Below are positions 49,260 to 57,964 of a stretch of DNA of 64,000 nt, in pieces. Within the stretch, counting starts at the first letter, position 1. Every line of letters starts with the position of its first letter. The notes under the pieces were generated by a model, which was given only the letters and a program-made list of their open reading frames with translations, searched no databases and had not been told where the DNA came from. Source of the stretch: Candidatus Bathyarchaeia archaeon. Lineage in GTDB: Archaea; Thermoproteota; Bathyarchaeia; 40CM-2-53-6. The stretch covers positions 128,001 to 192,000 of the forward strand of contig JBEKSC010000001.1 of NCBI GenBank assembly GCA_049517415.1, given 5' to 3'. Both the position numbers and the translations under genes were made by a program.

Positions 49260-51056
49260 ATGTTTGAAATCGACGGCAGGACACACTTGCATGATGTCAC
49301 TCGCCTGCTTGTGAACACTGCGATGGGACGCACCAAAGCTGACTTGGTGGTACGGAATGGTTTTCTTGTAAGTACAAACTCCGGCGAAATCATTGAGAAT
49401 CAAGGAATAGCGATCAAAAACGATAGGATAGCGCTTGTTGGAAATGTGGAAAACACCATTGGGCCGGATACTCAAGTAATTGACGCGCGCGGAAAATGGG
49501 TTGCTCCGGGGTTCATTGACGGTCACGTTCACGTGGAGAGCGCTATGGTCACAGGAACTGAATTTGCGAGAGCCGTGCTACCTCATGGTACGACTACGGT
49601 TTTCATAGACCCTCACGAAATGGCAAACGTCCTTGGGACGGACGGCGTTCGGTTCTTCATAAACGAAGCGCGAGGACTTCCGCTTAAGATGCTTATCACA
49701 TTTCCCTCATGCGTTCCTGCGGCCCCCGGTTTCGAAACGAATGGCGCTACATTTGGGCCGAAGGAGATTGAGGAGGCGATGAGTTGGAAGGAAGTTGTGG
49801 CCCTTGGCGAGGTGATGAACTATCCTGGTGTGTTGGCGGCCGACCCTGACGTACACGGGGAAATTGCAGCGACACTGAAAACCGGGCGGGTAGTGGAAGG
49901 TCACGCAGTCGATTTGCTAGATAGAGACTTGGGGGCGTATGCCGCTGCTGGGATAACCTCATGCCACGAATCAACTGAAGAAATTCAAGCAATCCAGAAA
50001 CTCAGAAACGGCATGCACGCAATGCTAAGAGAGGGATCGGGTGCGAGAAACGTTGCGAATACAATCACGTGTGTTACGAAAGAAAAACTTGATTCACGTC
50101 ACGTCTGTTTAGTTACAGACGACCGAGAGCCGAGCGATTTGCTGAACGAGGGGCATATTGATCATGCCATTCGCAGAGCCATTCAAGAAGGAGTCGACCC
50201 GATCGAGGCAATTCAGATGGCCACGCTCAATGTCGCAGAACATTTCGAGTGTGCCAGAGAACTTGGAAACATAGCTCCAGCCCGTTTCGCTGACATCGTC
50301 ATTCTCGACAAACTCGAAACGGTGTCCGTAAACACGGTCATTGCTGACGGAAAAGTCGTAAGTGAAAAAGGAAAGTTAACCGCGAACCTGCCGACCCCTA
50401 CTTACCCAGAAGCTGTGATGCAATCCATGCATGTCAAGCTTCCACCCAGCCTGGAGGATCTGATTGTCAGGACTAAGACCAAGAATGGCTCGGTTAGGGT
50501 TAGGGCGATTGGGGTTATGCCGACGAATATTCTCACGCGCAACCTAGAGTCGGAAGTTCCCGTGAAAGATGGGACTGCGACGGCGAATCCAAGAGAGGAT
50601 GTGGCGAAGATAGCTGTCTTTGAGCGGCACAGAGGTTCAGGGAATGTGGCGGTTGGATTCGTCAAGGGGCTTGGGCTAAGAGAGGGAGCTGTTGCATCGA
50701 CGGTGGGGCATGATAGCCACAACTTGGTGGTCGCGGGAATGGATGACGCTAGCATGATTGCGGCCGCAAATCTTCTAACGCAAAGCGGCGGGGGTATGGT
50801 CGCGGTTAAGAATCAAAAACCGCTATCCCATCTTCCTCTGCCCATAGCTGGGCTCATGTCGGACAAGTCTGTTGGAACGGTTTCAAGGCAGATGGAGGAG
50901 CTCAAGGGTGCGTGGTCAAAATTGGGCTCGAAGCTGCCATCTCCTACGATCACGCTCGCGTTCACTACACTCTCGGTTATTCCGGAGCTGAGAATTACTG
51001 ACAAGGGGGTCTTAGATACGGTTCAGTTCAGATTCGTGAACCCTATCATTGAGTGA
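49260..51056 (+). CDS. ade: adenine deaminase
   Basis: PGFIDGHVHVES, DPHE.ANV.G, LGEVMN, HES, REGS, TDD, STVGHDSHN, LPIAGLMS. Confidence 0.93.
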   Translation: MFEIDGRTHLHDVTRLLVNTAMGRTKADLVVRNGFLVSTNSGEIIENQGIAIKNDRIALVGNVENTIGPDTQVIDARGKWVAPGFIDGHVHVESAMVTGTEFARAVLPHGTTTVFIDPHEMANVLGTDGVRFFINEARGLPLKMLITFPSCVPAAPGFETNGATFGPKEIEEAMSWKEVVALGEVMNYPGVLAADPDVHGEIAATLKTGRVVEGHAVDLLDRDLGAYAAAGITSCHESTEEIQAIQKLRNGMHAMLREGSGARNVANTITCVTKEKLDSRHVCLVTDDREPSDLLNEGHIDHAIRRAIQEGVDPIEAIQMATLNVAEHFECARELGNIAPARFADIVILDKLETVSVNTVIADGKVVSEKGKLTANLPTPTYPEAVMQSMHVKLPPSLEDLIVRTKTKNGSVRVRAIGVMPTNILTRNLESEVPVKDGTATANPREDVAKIAVFERHRGSGNVAVGFVKGLGLREGAVASTVGHDSHNLVVAGMDDASMIAAANLLTQSGGGMVAVKNQKPLSHLPLPIAGLMSDKSVGTVSRQMEELKGAWSKLGSKLPSPTITLAFTTLSVIPELRITDKGVLDTVQFRFVNPIIE

Positions 51057-51124
51057 ACTGAACTTGGGTGAAATGTGAGTCTGTCCACGTCCTTCGGTCG
51101 CTTATTTGTGCGCAAGTTCAGCTT

Positions 51125-52162
51125 TCATGCAATCAGTGGGCCTGAGGATGGTGGGTTGGCCTCGAAGGCGTCAATCATGGCGTGAACGTTATCCGCCAAG
51201 GGATAGAGGATTGGGCAGGTGCATCCGGTGGAGTTGTACTCTGCAACTTTCTTGAGGCAATCGTCTGCGGTTCCGCTGGCTGTGATAAGTCGAACGAGTT
51301 CATCATCTACCAACTGCTTGGCCTTTTCCAAGCCACCCGGTTTGGCAGGCCAACCCCCCAAAGCAGATTTTACTTCTTCAATCAAGGATTCCTTCACACC
51401 GCTGGCTTTGGCGATGTGGGGTTGCTGCCCCAGATACTGGGCGACCAGCGGCCGCGCGCTATCAATAGCTTTGTCAGCGTCGTCGTCCAGCGAACACACA
51501 ATGAGCTGAGGTCTGTCAATGGCCTCGAAACTTCGGCCTCTCTTCGCCGCACCGATTTTGAGATGTTCTAAGGCTTGGCGATTGTAGTTCGGGGAAACTA
51601 AGTAATTCAGCAGAAGACCGTCAGCGATCTCGCCGGTTAGTTCAATCATATCCCAACCAGTGGCACCTATGTAAATTGGGATGTTACGGGGCGTAGAAGG
51701 ATCGCCGTAAACAACATCTAGTCGTATGTCCCGTACTTTCACGAACTCTCCCTCGAACGTGACGTTCTCCATCCGGAAGAGGCGCTGGAGAACAGTAACG
51801 TACTCTCGCATTGCTTTCAGCGGTTTCTTTCGTTCGATCCCAACCTTCGACGCTAGCGGGTCCCACCAAGCACCCACCCCGAGCAAGCTACGACCGTCAG
51901 ACAGTTCATCGAGAGTTAGAAAAGACACCGCAGTCAGGGCCACGTTCCGCGTCCAATTGTTTATCACCCCGGTTCCAAGTTTGATTTTGTTGGTGACGGC
52001 CGCGATAGCCGCCAAGGGCGTGAGGGCGTCTCGTGCGAGGCGTGATTCGGCGTGCCAGATGGCTTCGAACCCTTTCTGTTCAGCATATTGCGCGAGCTTC
52101 ATCTCTTCGCGAATTCTGTGCTTATCTTGAAGATATAACGCAATTCTTCGTTTGTTTACCAC
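51125..52162 (-). CDS. LLM-class flavin-dependent oxidoreductase (Mer-like, probably F420-dependent)
   Basis: [40 protein letters not shown]; start set at GTG 52162. Confidence 0.85.
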   Translation of the reverse strand: MVNKRRIALYLQDKHRIREEMKLAQYAEQKGFEAIWHAESRLARDALTPLAAIAAVTNKIKLGTGVINNWTRNVALTAVSFLTLDELSDGRSLLGVGAWWDPLASKVGIERKKPLKAMREYVTVLQRLFRMENVTFEGEFVKVRDIRLDVVYGDPSTPRNIPIYIGATGWDMIELTGEIADGLLLNYLVSPNYNRQALEHLKIGAAKRGRSFEAIDRPQLIVCSLDDDADKAIDSARPLVAQYLGQQPHIAKASGVKESLIEEVKSALGGWPAKPGGLEKAKQLVDDELVRLITASGTADDCLKKVAEYNSTGCTCPILYPLADNVHAMIDAFEANPPSSGPLIA

Positions 52163-52319
52163 TTTTTTCGCTTCCCGTTCAAATTGGCTGCAACTATAAG
52201 GGCTTGCTGACCTTAACACTTTCCTCACTTATGGAGTAAACCATAAAGTTCACCCCCAATCGTGGAGAAAAACGACTACCACATATACTCGCGCGCATGT
52301 GAAGCGTTAACGATGAAAT

Positions 52320-52457
52320 ATGCCAGTGGAGAGCGATAACATAACCGCCATAAGGGTTAGCTTTCAGGTTGCCGCCATCGTAAATGCGCTAGTCAAAGCC
52401 AAGAAACTTCACTCGGCCGACGAACTCTTACGACAAGTTTTGGGAGTAGGTGCCTGA
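52320..52457 (+). CDS. 45-aa ribbon-helix-helix-like DNA-binding protein
   Basis: Manually read MPVESDNITAIRVSFQVAAIVNALVKAKKLHSADELLRQVLGVGA; TAIRVS strand plus two helices; stop 2 nt before the next ATG. Confidence 0.6.
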   Translation: MPVESDNITAIRVSFQVAAIVNALVKAKKLHSADELLRQVLGVGA

Positions 52458-52459
52458 AA

Positions 52460-52894
52460 ATGGACGACGCAGCACTCAGCCTGAAATATTTCGGTTGCCT
52501 CGCCGTAGACCGTTCGGTGCTCGAAGGTAGCCGACCAGTTGTGGAAACTCAAATCTCCGAATTCGAGAGCCGTGTCACATCAACTAAGACCGGTATCCGT
52601 GAATGGGAGAAAGTCAGGGAGGGCAGGGGAAACCACCTAGCTGAAGTTGAAGGGAAAATTCAGGAAGCGAAATCCCAGGGCTTGACCTCGGAGGATCCGC
52701 AGCTTGCCGTTCTGCTCGAAGAAAGGGATCGTTGCGAGGCGCTTTGCGGCGGCCCCGATAGCGTTATGATGAGTCTACAATCTGACCTTGCGCACGAGTT
52801 AGACGCCCTTGAATATTGGAAATCGAGACTCCGGAAAATCGAATTCTTGGAGAAGCAAGCTGCTCAGAAAACGAAGGGGGGTAAGAAGCCATGA
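52460..52894 (+). CDS. coiled-coil hypothetical protein
   Basis: Heptad-like E/K/L-rich helices; ATGA coupling to the next gene. Confidence 0.7.
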   Translation: MDDAALSLKYFGCLAVDRSVLEGSRPVVETQISEFESRVTSTKTGIREWEKVREGRGNHLAEVEGKIQEAKSQGLTSEDPQLAVLLEERDRCEALCGGPDSVMMSLQSDLAHELDALEYWKSRLRKIEFLEKQAAQKTKGGKKP

Positions 52895-53238
52895 GCCCAG
52901 ACGATTCCGATGAAGACCAAGAGGAATCATCCGACGAAGCCACATTAGGCATACGAATCATCGACGCCTCAACCGATGAGGCTGAGGACGAGCTGAAATC
53001 CTTACGGAAACAGGCAATCGAAAACCTAGTGAAAATGAGATATCCATTAGATCCCAGAATTGAGAGCGCCGTCGAGCACCCTAACCGAACCCACGTTGCT
53101 GGATCCCACGCTAGAAGCACGAAACCTCTGACGGAAGATAACCGCCGCGGATTCTACATCACATTCGACAAAGCCACAATTGAGGCTGAAATGCAGAAGA
53201 TTCGGCCAAGTCACACCCCTGGAAAACGAATCATTTAG
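52891..53238 (+). CDS. hypothetical protein with acidic N-terminus
   Basis: Translationally coupled ORF within the operon. Confidence 0.6.
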   Translation: MSPDDSDEDQEESSDEATLGIRIIDASTDEAEDELKSLRKQAIENLVKMRYPLDPRIESAVEHPNRTHVAGSHARSTKPLTEDNRRGFYITFDKATIEAEMQKIRPSHTPGKRII

Positions 53239-53248
53239 GTGGGCTCTG

Positions 53249-53527
53249 ATGGATGAACCAACAACCTGTACGTGTAACCCGCCACGGTGGGACGGAATCC
53301 ATTACGCCTCCTGTCCCATGAGCAATTACCTGTTTCGACATAGGCAGGAAATTCAGCGAACGGGCCGAGTTGATGGGGAAACCCCTGGGTACCAACCATC
53401 GAAGGATACGCCTAGACTCTACACCCAGCCCTCGAATTTGGGGGTTAGCTGGCCCTTCGTCGCTAAGTCAGCTCAACGCAGAGGCCCGAATTACCGTGAA
53501 CCATTCCGACCAAGGCGTTCCCATTGA
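53249..53527 (+). CDS. hypothetical protein (CxC...H...C motif)
   Basis: ATG 53249; TCTCNPPRWDGIHYASC; TTGA overlap with the next ORF. Confidence 0.5.
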   Translation: MDEPTTCTCNPPRWDGIHYASCPMSNYLFRHRQEIQRTGRVDGETPGYQPSKDTPRLYTQPSNLGVSWPFVAKSAQRRGPNYREPFRPRRSH

Positions 53528-53793
53528 GGGTTTCCAAAGTCAATGACGCGATTTCTACTGCGGGTGCTTCTTCCCCCGCTACAATGCAGCCTGAGACTGA
53601 GGGAACCGAAATTAATTTTCGAAAATCATCCTTAGCCACCTTGGAGAGAAGATTTCAGAGTCAAACACGAACGCTTTACCATTCGACTCGGCAGACTCGA
53701 AAATATGGCGAATGGTGGGTCATATTGCAGAAGCTTCAGGTTACGTATCGCCTGATTGTTGAGGCTACGAGGCCGGAGGGTGACTCGGGCTGA
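53524..53793 (+). CDS. hypothetical protein
   Basis: Coupled at both ends (TTGA, CTGA). Confidence 0.5.
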   Translation: MRVSKVNDAISTAGASSPATMQPETEGTEINFRKSSLATLERRFQSQTRTLYHSTRQTRKYGEWWVILQKLQVTYRLIVEATRPEGDSG

Positions 53794-54104
53794 CGAAAGA
53801 AAAAGCGGGGCCCATTACGAGTGGGCCACCGACAGTAGTCGCAAAGGAGACCAGTGGTGACGTTCCAACTAAGGTTTCTGATGCTGAGTTGATGCGTTTC
53901 CTTGAACTTGAAATTTACCGTCAGGATCGAGAAGATCATGATGGAATAGTTTTCGAGATTCAGCGCCGATTAACGAAGGCTCTAGGTGTTCCGCCTAATC
54001 TCCAAGTCTTGGACCGCTACTTGGATAGTTTGCTGAATGTCCCTGAGAAGCAGGCATACCGGCGGGTGCTCAAGTTTTTTCGAGAGCATCCGGCAATTGA
54101 ATAG
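53790..54104 (+). CDS. hypothetical protein (probable CTG start)
   Basis: Frame open from CTG 53790, which overlaps the upstream TGA and follows GGAGGGTGA; the ORF track starts it at 53889. Confidence 0.5.
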   Translation: MTKEKAGPITSGPPTVVAKETSGDVPTKVSDAELMRFLELEIYRQDREDHDGIVFEIQRRLTKALGVPPNLQVLDRYLDSLLNVPEKQAYRRVLKFFREHPAIE

Positions 54105-54669
54105 TCCCTGCAGGGTTACCGTGCACGGCACCCATTTCGGCCTTAACGGCCAGGTTCGGCTACGTTTTCGGTCTGGGCATTGCGGTCGCTGCGACGACTA
54201 CTCCAAGAGGTACGGTGAGTTGCCTGATTCCATGATTCCTCCCGGGGCTCGGAACCGCGTCAAAGTTGAACGTTCCAAACTGGGTACATGGTTATTCTAC
54301 CCTAACGGAAGCGTGGTGTTCTCGACGGCTTTGCGGGGCCTACTGAGCCATGAGGCTTGGAGTATTTTGGCGGATGACCATGCGGAGATTTTGCGTTTAG
54401 ATTTCACGCTGCCTCGAAGCTTCTGCACTCCAGCGAAGTTGCGGCGGCTTAGGATGGTTAAGGGGTGCCGACTCGAATACTGGTGGGGAACCGTGGTTTT
54501 CGGGGATCGAAGCGATCCTCGCAACATCGAAATTGAGTTCTCCAAAGTGGTTTTAAGGCTCATTCGAGAGGGTGGGCCGCGTCTTTTCAAAAAAGCAATC
54601 AGAAACCGAATCGCCCTGTTCTGGGCTTATTTTCAGGAAATTTACGCTCGGGGCTTAATTGAAATTTGA
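54097..54669 (+). CDS. hypothetical protein, possible element replication/nuclease protein
   Basis: TTG 54097 overlapping the upstream stop; VTVHG, CGRC and DRSDPRNIEIE motifs; function not recognised. Confidence 0.55.
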   Translation: MNSPCRVTVHGTHFGLNGQVRLRFRSGHCGRCDDYSKRYGELPDSMIPPGARNRVKVERSKLGTWLFYPNGSVVFSTALRGLLSHEAWSILADDHAEILRLDFTLPRSFCTPAKLRRLRMVKGCRLEYWWGTVVFGDRSDPRNIEIEFSKVVLRLIREGGPRLFKKAIRNRIALFWAYFQEIYARGLIEI

Positions 54670-54910
54670 AGAAACGGTGAAACGATTTAGGGAGTTGCCG
54701 ATTGGTTTGTGGGCGAAATCGCCGCGGAACATGACGTTCGGGATACCCCTCTGCAAACGGTTTAGTGAGTAAATATGGCTCTGACCGTTCAAACAAAATT
54801 GAGTTCTGAGGGGGTCGGAAACCATGTCGCCAGCTTAAGCTTCCCAGCTAGGTATGTTGGTGTTGGTTTCTGTGGGTGATGTTGGTTCCTATTCTTTCCT
54901 GTATGGTATT

Positions 54911-55465
54911 CTCATTATTTTCTATACGTTGCTTTATGGTTTGGTGGTTGAGGTTTCGGAATTAAATGCCCGTTTCTCGGGGTGCGTTCGCCAGCATAAA
55001 CCCGTGTGAGGCCAGCGATAAGCCTGCGAGTAAACCGTTAGGTGGTCACATTCGTTCTAGCAGTGCTTGGAAAACCTGTTGCGTTGTAATCGGCATTTCT
55101 GGAAGAAACTGATTGATCGCTTCCTTCACGAGCTTAACATATTCTGGGGGCGAACGAAATTCAATCTTGAACCGTTTCCCTACCTTGGGCCCGAACCTTA
55201 ATTGAACGAGAGCCCGCTTGTCTTCTGGTATCCCGGGTTTCACAGACTCCAAGATCTTCGCGGCCCACTCATTCAAAACCTCACTTGTAAGGCCCTCCAC
55301 CATGTCCTGCAGATCACGTTCAAGCTCGTCAAAACCGTCGACATCCATGTGAATCAAACACTTCGCCACATAGAAGCAGCCCCAGCAGGATATATCAAAA
55401 CGAGAGATAAGTGAAGGTAAACACCCTAGCCCTAAACCATAAAGTTCTGTAGAGAGAATAATCAG
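54911..55465. repeat. 34-bp imperfect inverted repeat pair with 11-6-11 dif-like structure flanking one gene
   Basis: rc(54911-54944)=CCAAACCATAA-AGCAAC-GTATAGAAAAT-AATGAG vs 55432-55465=CTAAACCATAA-AGTTCT-GTAGAGAGAAT-AATCAG; 26/34 identical, 4 of 8 mismatches in the central 6 bp. Confidence 0.75.
55046..55369 (-). CDS. hypothetical protein (N-terminus resembles HK97 gp10-like proteins)
   Basis: MDVDGFDELERDLQDM amphipathic start; upstream TATA-like TTTTGATATAT. Confidence 0.6.
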   Translation of the reverse strand: MAKCLIHMDVDGFDELERDLQDMVEGLTSEVLNEWAAKILESVKPGIPEDKRALVQLRFGPKVGKRFKIEFRSPPEYVKLVKEAINQFLPEMPITTQQVFQALLERM

Positions 55466-55654
55466 CTACACGTCAGGGTTACGGACACCGAAATAACATT
55501 GCCTTGAACCATGCCCATATTCCCCACCAGCCGTATGAGAAATCAGAAAGTAAGCATACTTCCGTAGCCCATGGCGATTCTTACGCCATACCATCAACAG
55601 ATCACCGAGTAGCCCACACTTCCCGCAATACGCGCCCCTCCGAACCAAAACCAA
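55466..55654 (-). CDS. small zinc-finger protein of archaeal mobile-element type
   Basis: CGKCG..G...Y.Y...H......CYFG. Confidence 0.6.
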   Translation of the reverse strand: MVLVRRGAYCGKCGLLGDLLMVWRKNRHGLRKYAYFLISHTAGGEYGHGSRQCYFGVRNPDV

Positions 55655-55924
55655 CCTGTTTTCACGCCTTAACCAATGTGTGTACGAACGCTTGTGGTTT
55701 CTGATTCTATGGTTTGGTAAGCCGTAATTTGAGGGATCACATCAGTATTCTCAGGCGACTAAGGTTTGAGTTCAGGTCGATGCTCTGAATGTGGTGGATC
55801 ATTGGATTCAAGGAACCGTAAGGTTTGCACTTCATGTTATTCTGAGCGAATTCAAGGCTCGGGTGGCGACAGCTTAGATTAAGGACAGAAACCTTTGAAG
55901 CGGGATCAGGCCTAGTATTCCGCT

Positions 55925-56047
55925 ATGCCCGAACGTTCATTGAAGCTTGAGAAGCCGGTTCAATGCAGTGAATGCGGAGCAATCGTTACGCTCCGAAAGA
56001 ATCTTGTTGGCCGGAAATGTAGGGATTGCGCAGACAAGAAGGCTTAG
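55925..56047 (+). CDS. 40-aa zinc-ribbon microprotein
   Basis: Manually read MPERSLKLEKPVQCSECGAIVTLRKNLVGRKCRDCADKKA; stop overlaps the convergent Cas2-like stop. Confidence 0.55.
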   Translation: MPERSLKLEKPVQCSECGAIVTLRKNLVGRKCRDCADKKA

Positions 56048-56280
56048 GTTATTCTTTCAGCCCTGTACCAATGGGATACCCCGTAAACTGAGGCTAAGTC
56101 GTGGATTTGTTTAGCGATCCCCATATCATCTAGAATCCAAACTGATTGGGTGCTCCTTTTTCGGATTTCAATGTTTGCGGCTCCCAATAATTTCCATAGG
56201 CGCCTGTAGAATTGCATGTGTCGGCTTGCAGGCTCAGCCGGAATGTCATAGTCCACAACGAACCATTCTATTCCAGTCAA
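56044..56280 (-). CDS. Cas2/VapD-like ferredoxin-fold protein (orphan)
   Basis: FVVDYDIP....R..FYR.L..L......STQSVW corresponds to the Cas2 hhhYDI...R...L.....R.Q.SVF signature; 78 aa. Confidence 0.65.
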   Translation of the reverse strand: MTGIEWFVVDYDIPAEPASRHMQFYRRLWKLLGAANIEIRKRSTQSVWILDDMGIAKQIHDLASVYGVSHWYRAERIT

Positions 56281-56462
56281 CGTTCTAGTTCCTCCAAGAC
56301 GTTACAGGTATAACGCAGGCGGGTAATAGGTGTTACGTGTCAAGTGCATTTACATTAACCGTAACCTAAACCATGAAGCTCACTGGGGCGTCTACGGCTA
56401 GAACCGTAACAAGTATAACGTTCCTTACTCGCCTTGGTTGTCAGAGTATTGCGTTTTATGGT

Positions 56463-56885
56463 TTAGTGGCGTTGTGTGGTTCCGTTTACGGTATGCTGTT
56501 TGGAACTTGGATGTGATTTCGATTTCCGTCTATTGTAAGTAAGTGTTACGGTGCCGCTTGCCCCGATTCCCAATGGCTTTGCTGACAGTTCCCCTGAAAT
56601 TGTTATCTGTGAGAGTTCGAAGTTATCGGGGATTGCTTTTTCATATTTCGCAGCGATTGCTCGTGGGATAAGTTCCCGCAGGATTTCTTTACGGGGTCTC
56701 CTCCGGCCTGCTGTAAGGCTAAAGTTACCGACCTCGCTCAGACTCATGACATTCAGTTTGTGTTCCAGTACCTGTTTCTGAACCTGTTTTGAGACTTTAA
56801 GGGGTTCGACCTTCAAAATGTCATCTTCGGTCAGAGTAAACAATGCTGCATTCTCTTTGCGATGTTTCCTGGGCACAGTTGTCAA
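56463..56885 (-). CDS. hypothetical protein with Pepco/Trypco-like C-terminal beta domain
   Basis: FELSQITISGELSAKPLGIGASGTVTLTYNR pattern. Confidence 0.5.
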   Translation of the reverse strand: MTTVPRKHRKENAALFTLTEDDILKVEPLKVSKQVQKQVLEHKLNVMSLSEVGNFSLTAGRRRPRKEILRELIPRAIAAKYEKAIPDNFELSQITISGELSAKPLGIGASGTVTLTYNRRKSKSHPSSKQHTVNGTTQRH

Positions 56886-57324
56886 CTCGACTAGATTTCA
56901 AGACCGTTAGGGTATTTCATTTATGGTTTACTTGTCTAGCTTAGATGATTGAATCATTCGCATTCAACATTCAAACCTGCATGCGCCCGTGAATGCTGGG
57001 ATTTCTGGGAATCAGCCGCCGAAATCTAGGGACCCATCCGCCTACCCACCAGCCCCCACCAAGCGGTGACACACCACAAAACCCACACACCATCCTGATC
57101 ACGTGATCCTTCACCCGCCTGCACGCGTGATACCCCGCACCCTCCATGATCCAACGTCGCCAAGACGACACCTAAGAAAGAATAAACAACAACACAATAT
57201 GATAGAAATTATCTTATCTTACTTTCTTTTTTTCCCCTACTGCTTTCTTCATGTTTAAGGGTACTCTGCGATGTAAGTTGATTTTATGGTTTGCTCGCTG
57301 TTAACGTGGCAAATACGCCGTATG

Positions 57325-57822
57325 CTACTCTGGGATTCCCAGATACTTCTTAAGAAATTGTCTGATTTCCTCCAACTTGACGCCGAGGACTGGGGGTGCT
57401 CCGATCGAAAGAAAGAGGGCATCGCCTGGTAGCTCATCCTTCTCGCCGCTGGACATGAAGGCGTCCAGTTTCTCCAGTTCGTCTATGATGCCATCTAGCC
57501 CCGTGCGAATTTCCCTCGGAAGGAAGAAAGTCCCCCCAACTGACACAAGTTTCTGATAATGTTCCTCATAGGCCTTCGAGGTGTCGGCTAGGAGCGCGCG
57601 TGCTTCTTGGATGGTTGCATCCACTGAAACTTCGCCAACACTCATTTTCAATGACTCCATGGCACCCACGAACCGGAGGAAATCCGGTGTGAGAACCAGC
57701 TCTCGGAAGTATTGGCGGGATCGCTGTCGTTGCAAGAAATATGCTTGAACTAACACGGTCAGGAGGGCTCCAATCCCAAGGTACCCGAGAATTTGAAGGA
57801 GCGACTGAACATCTACTTCCAC
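57325..57822 (-). CDS. N-terminally membrane-anchored helical hypothetical protein
   Basis: Single N-terminal TM followed by an all-alpha domain. Confidence 0.65.
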   Translation of the reverse strand: MEVDVQSLLQILGYLGIGALLTVLVQAYFLQRQRSRQYFRELVLTPDFLRFVGAMESLKMSVGEVSVDATIQEARALLADTSKAYEEHYQKLVSVGGTFFLPREIRTGLDGIIDELEKLDAFMSSGEKDELPGDALFLSIGAPPVLGVKLEEIRQFLKKYLGIPE

Positions 57823-57964
57823 GAAAGGTCAGCAGTAACCGAATTAGCGTCTAGCCTTAATCAATCATGCTCCCTAACTGACCGCGAGCTTAGGGAAGAA
57901 TAGGGGTCCGACCGCCGCTTGGCAGAATTTCTTCATGGGATGGAGTTCTACGAAAAACTCCCGG

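Larger units (their letters stand above)
52238..57292. repeat. dispersed AAACCATAAA motif, six exact copies at gene boundaries (dif-arm-like)
   Basis: 52238-47(+), 54933-42(-), 55434-43(+), 56455-64(-), 56920-29(-), 57283-92(-); one-mismatch copies 55706-15(-) and 56368-77(+). Confidence 0.85.

Noticed and set aside
55700..56460. Possible CRISPR array near the Cas2-like gene
   Set aside because: Repeats are only 10-16 bp, irregularly spaced and in mixed orientation; no repeat-spacer periodicity
56971..57171. 66-aa ORF in a C-rich strand-skewed stretch (gene or origin)
   Set aside because: Low-complexity G/W-rich translation with no recognisable family; no iterons or clear hairpin to support an origin
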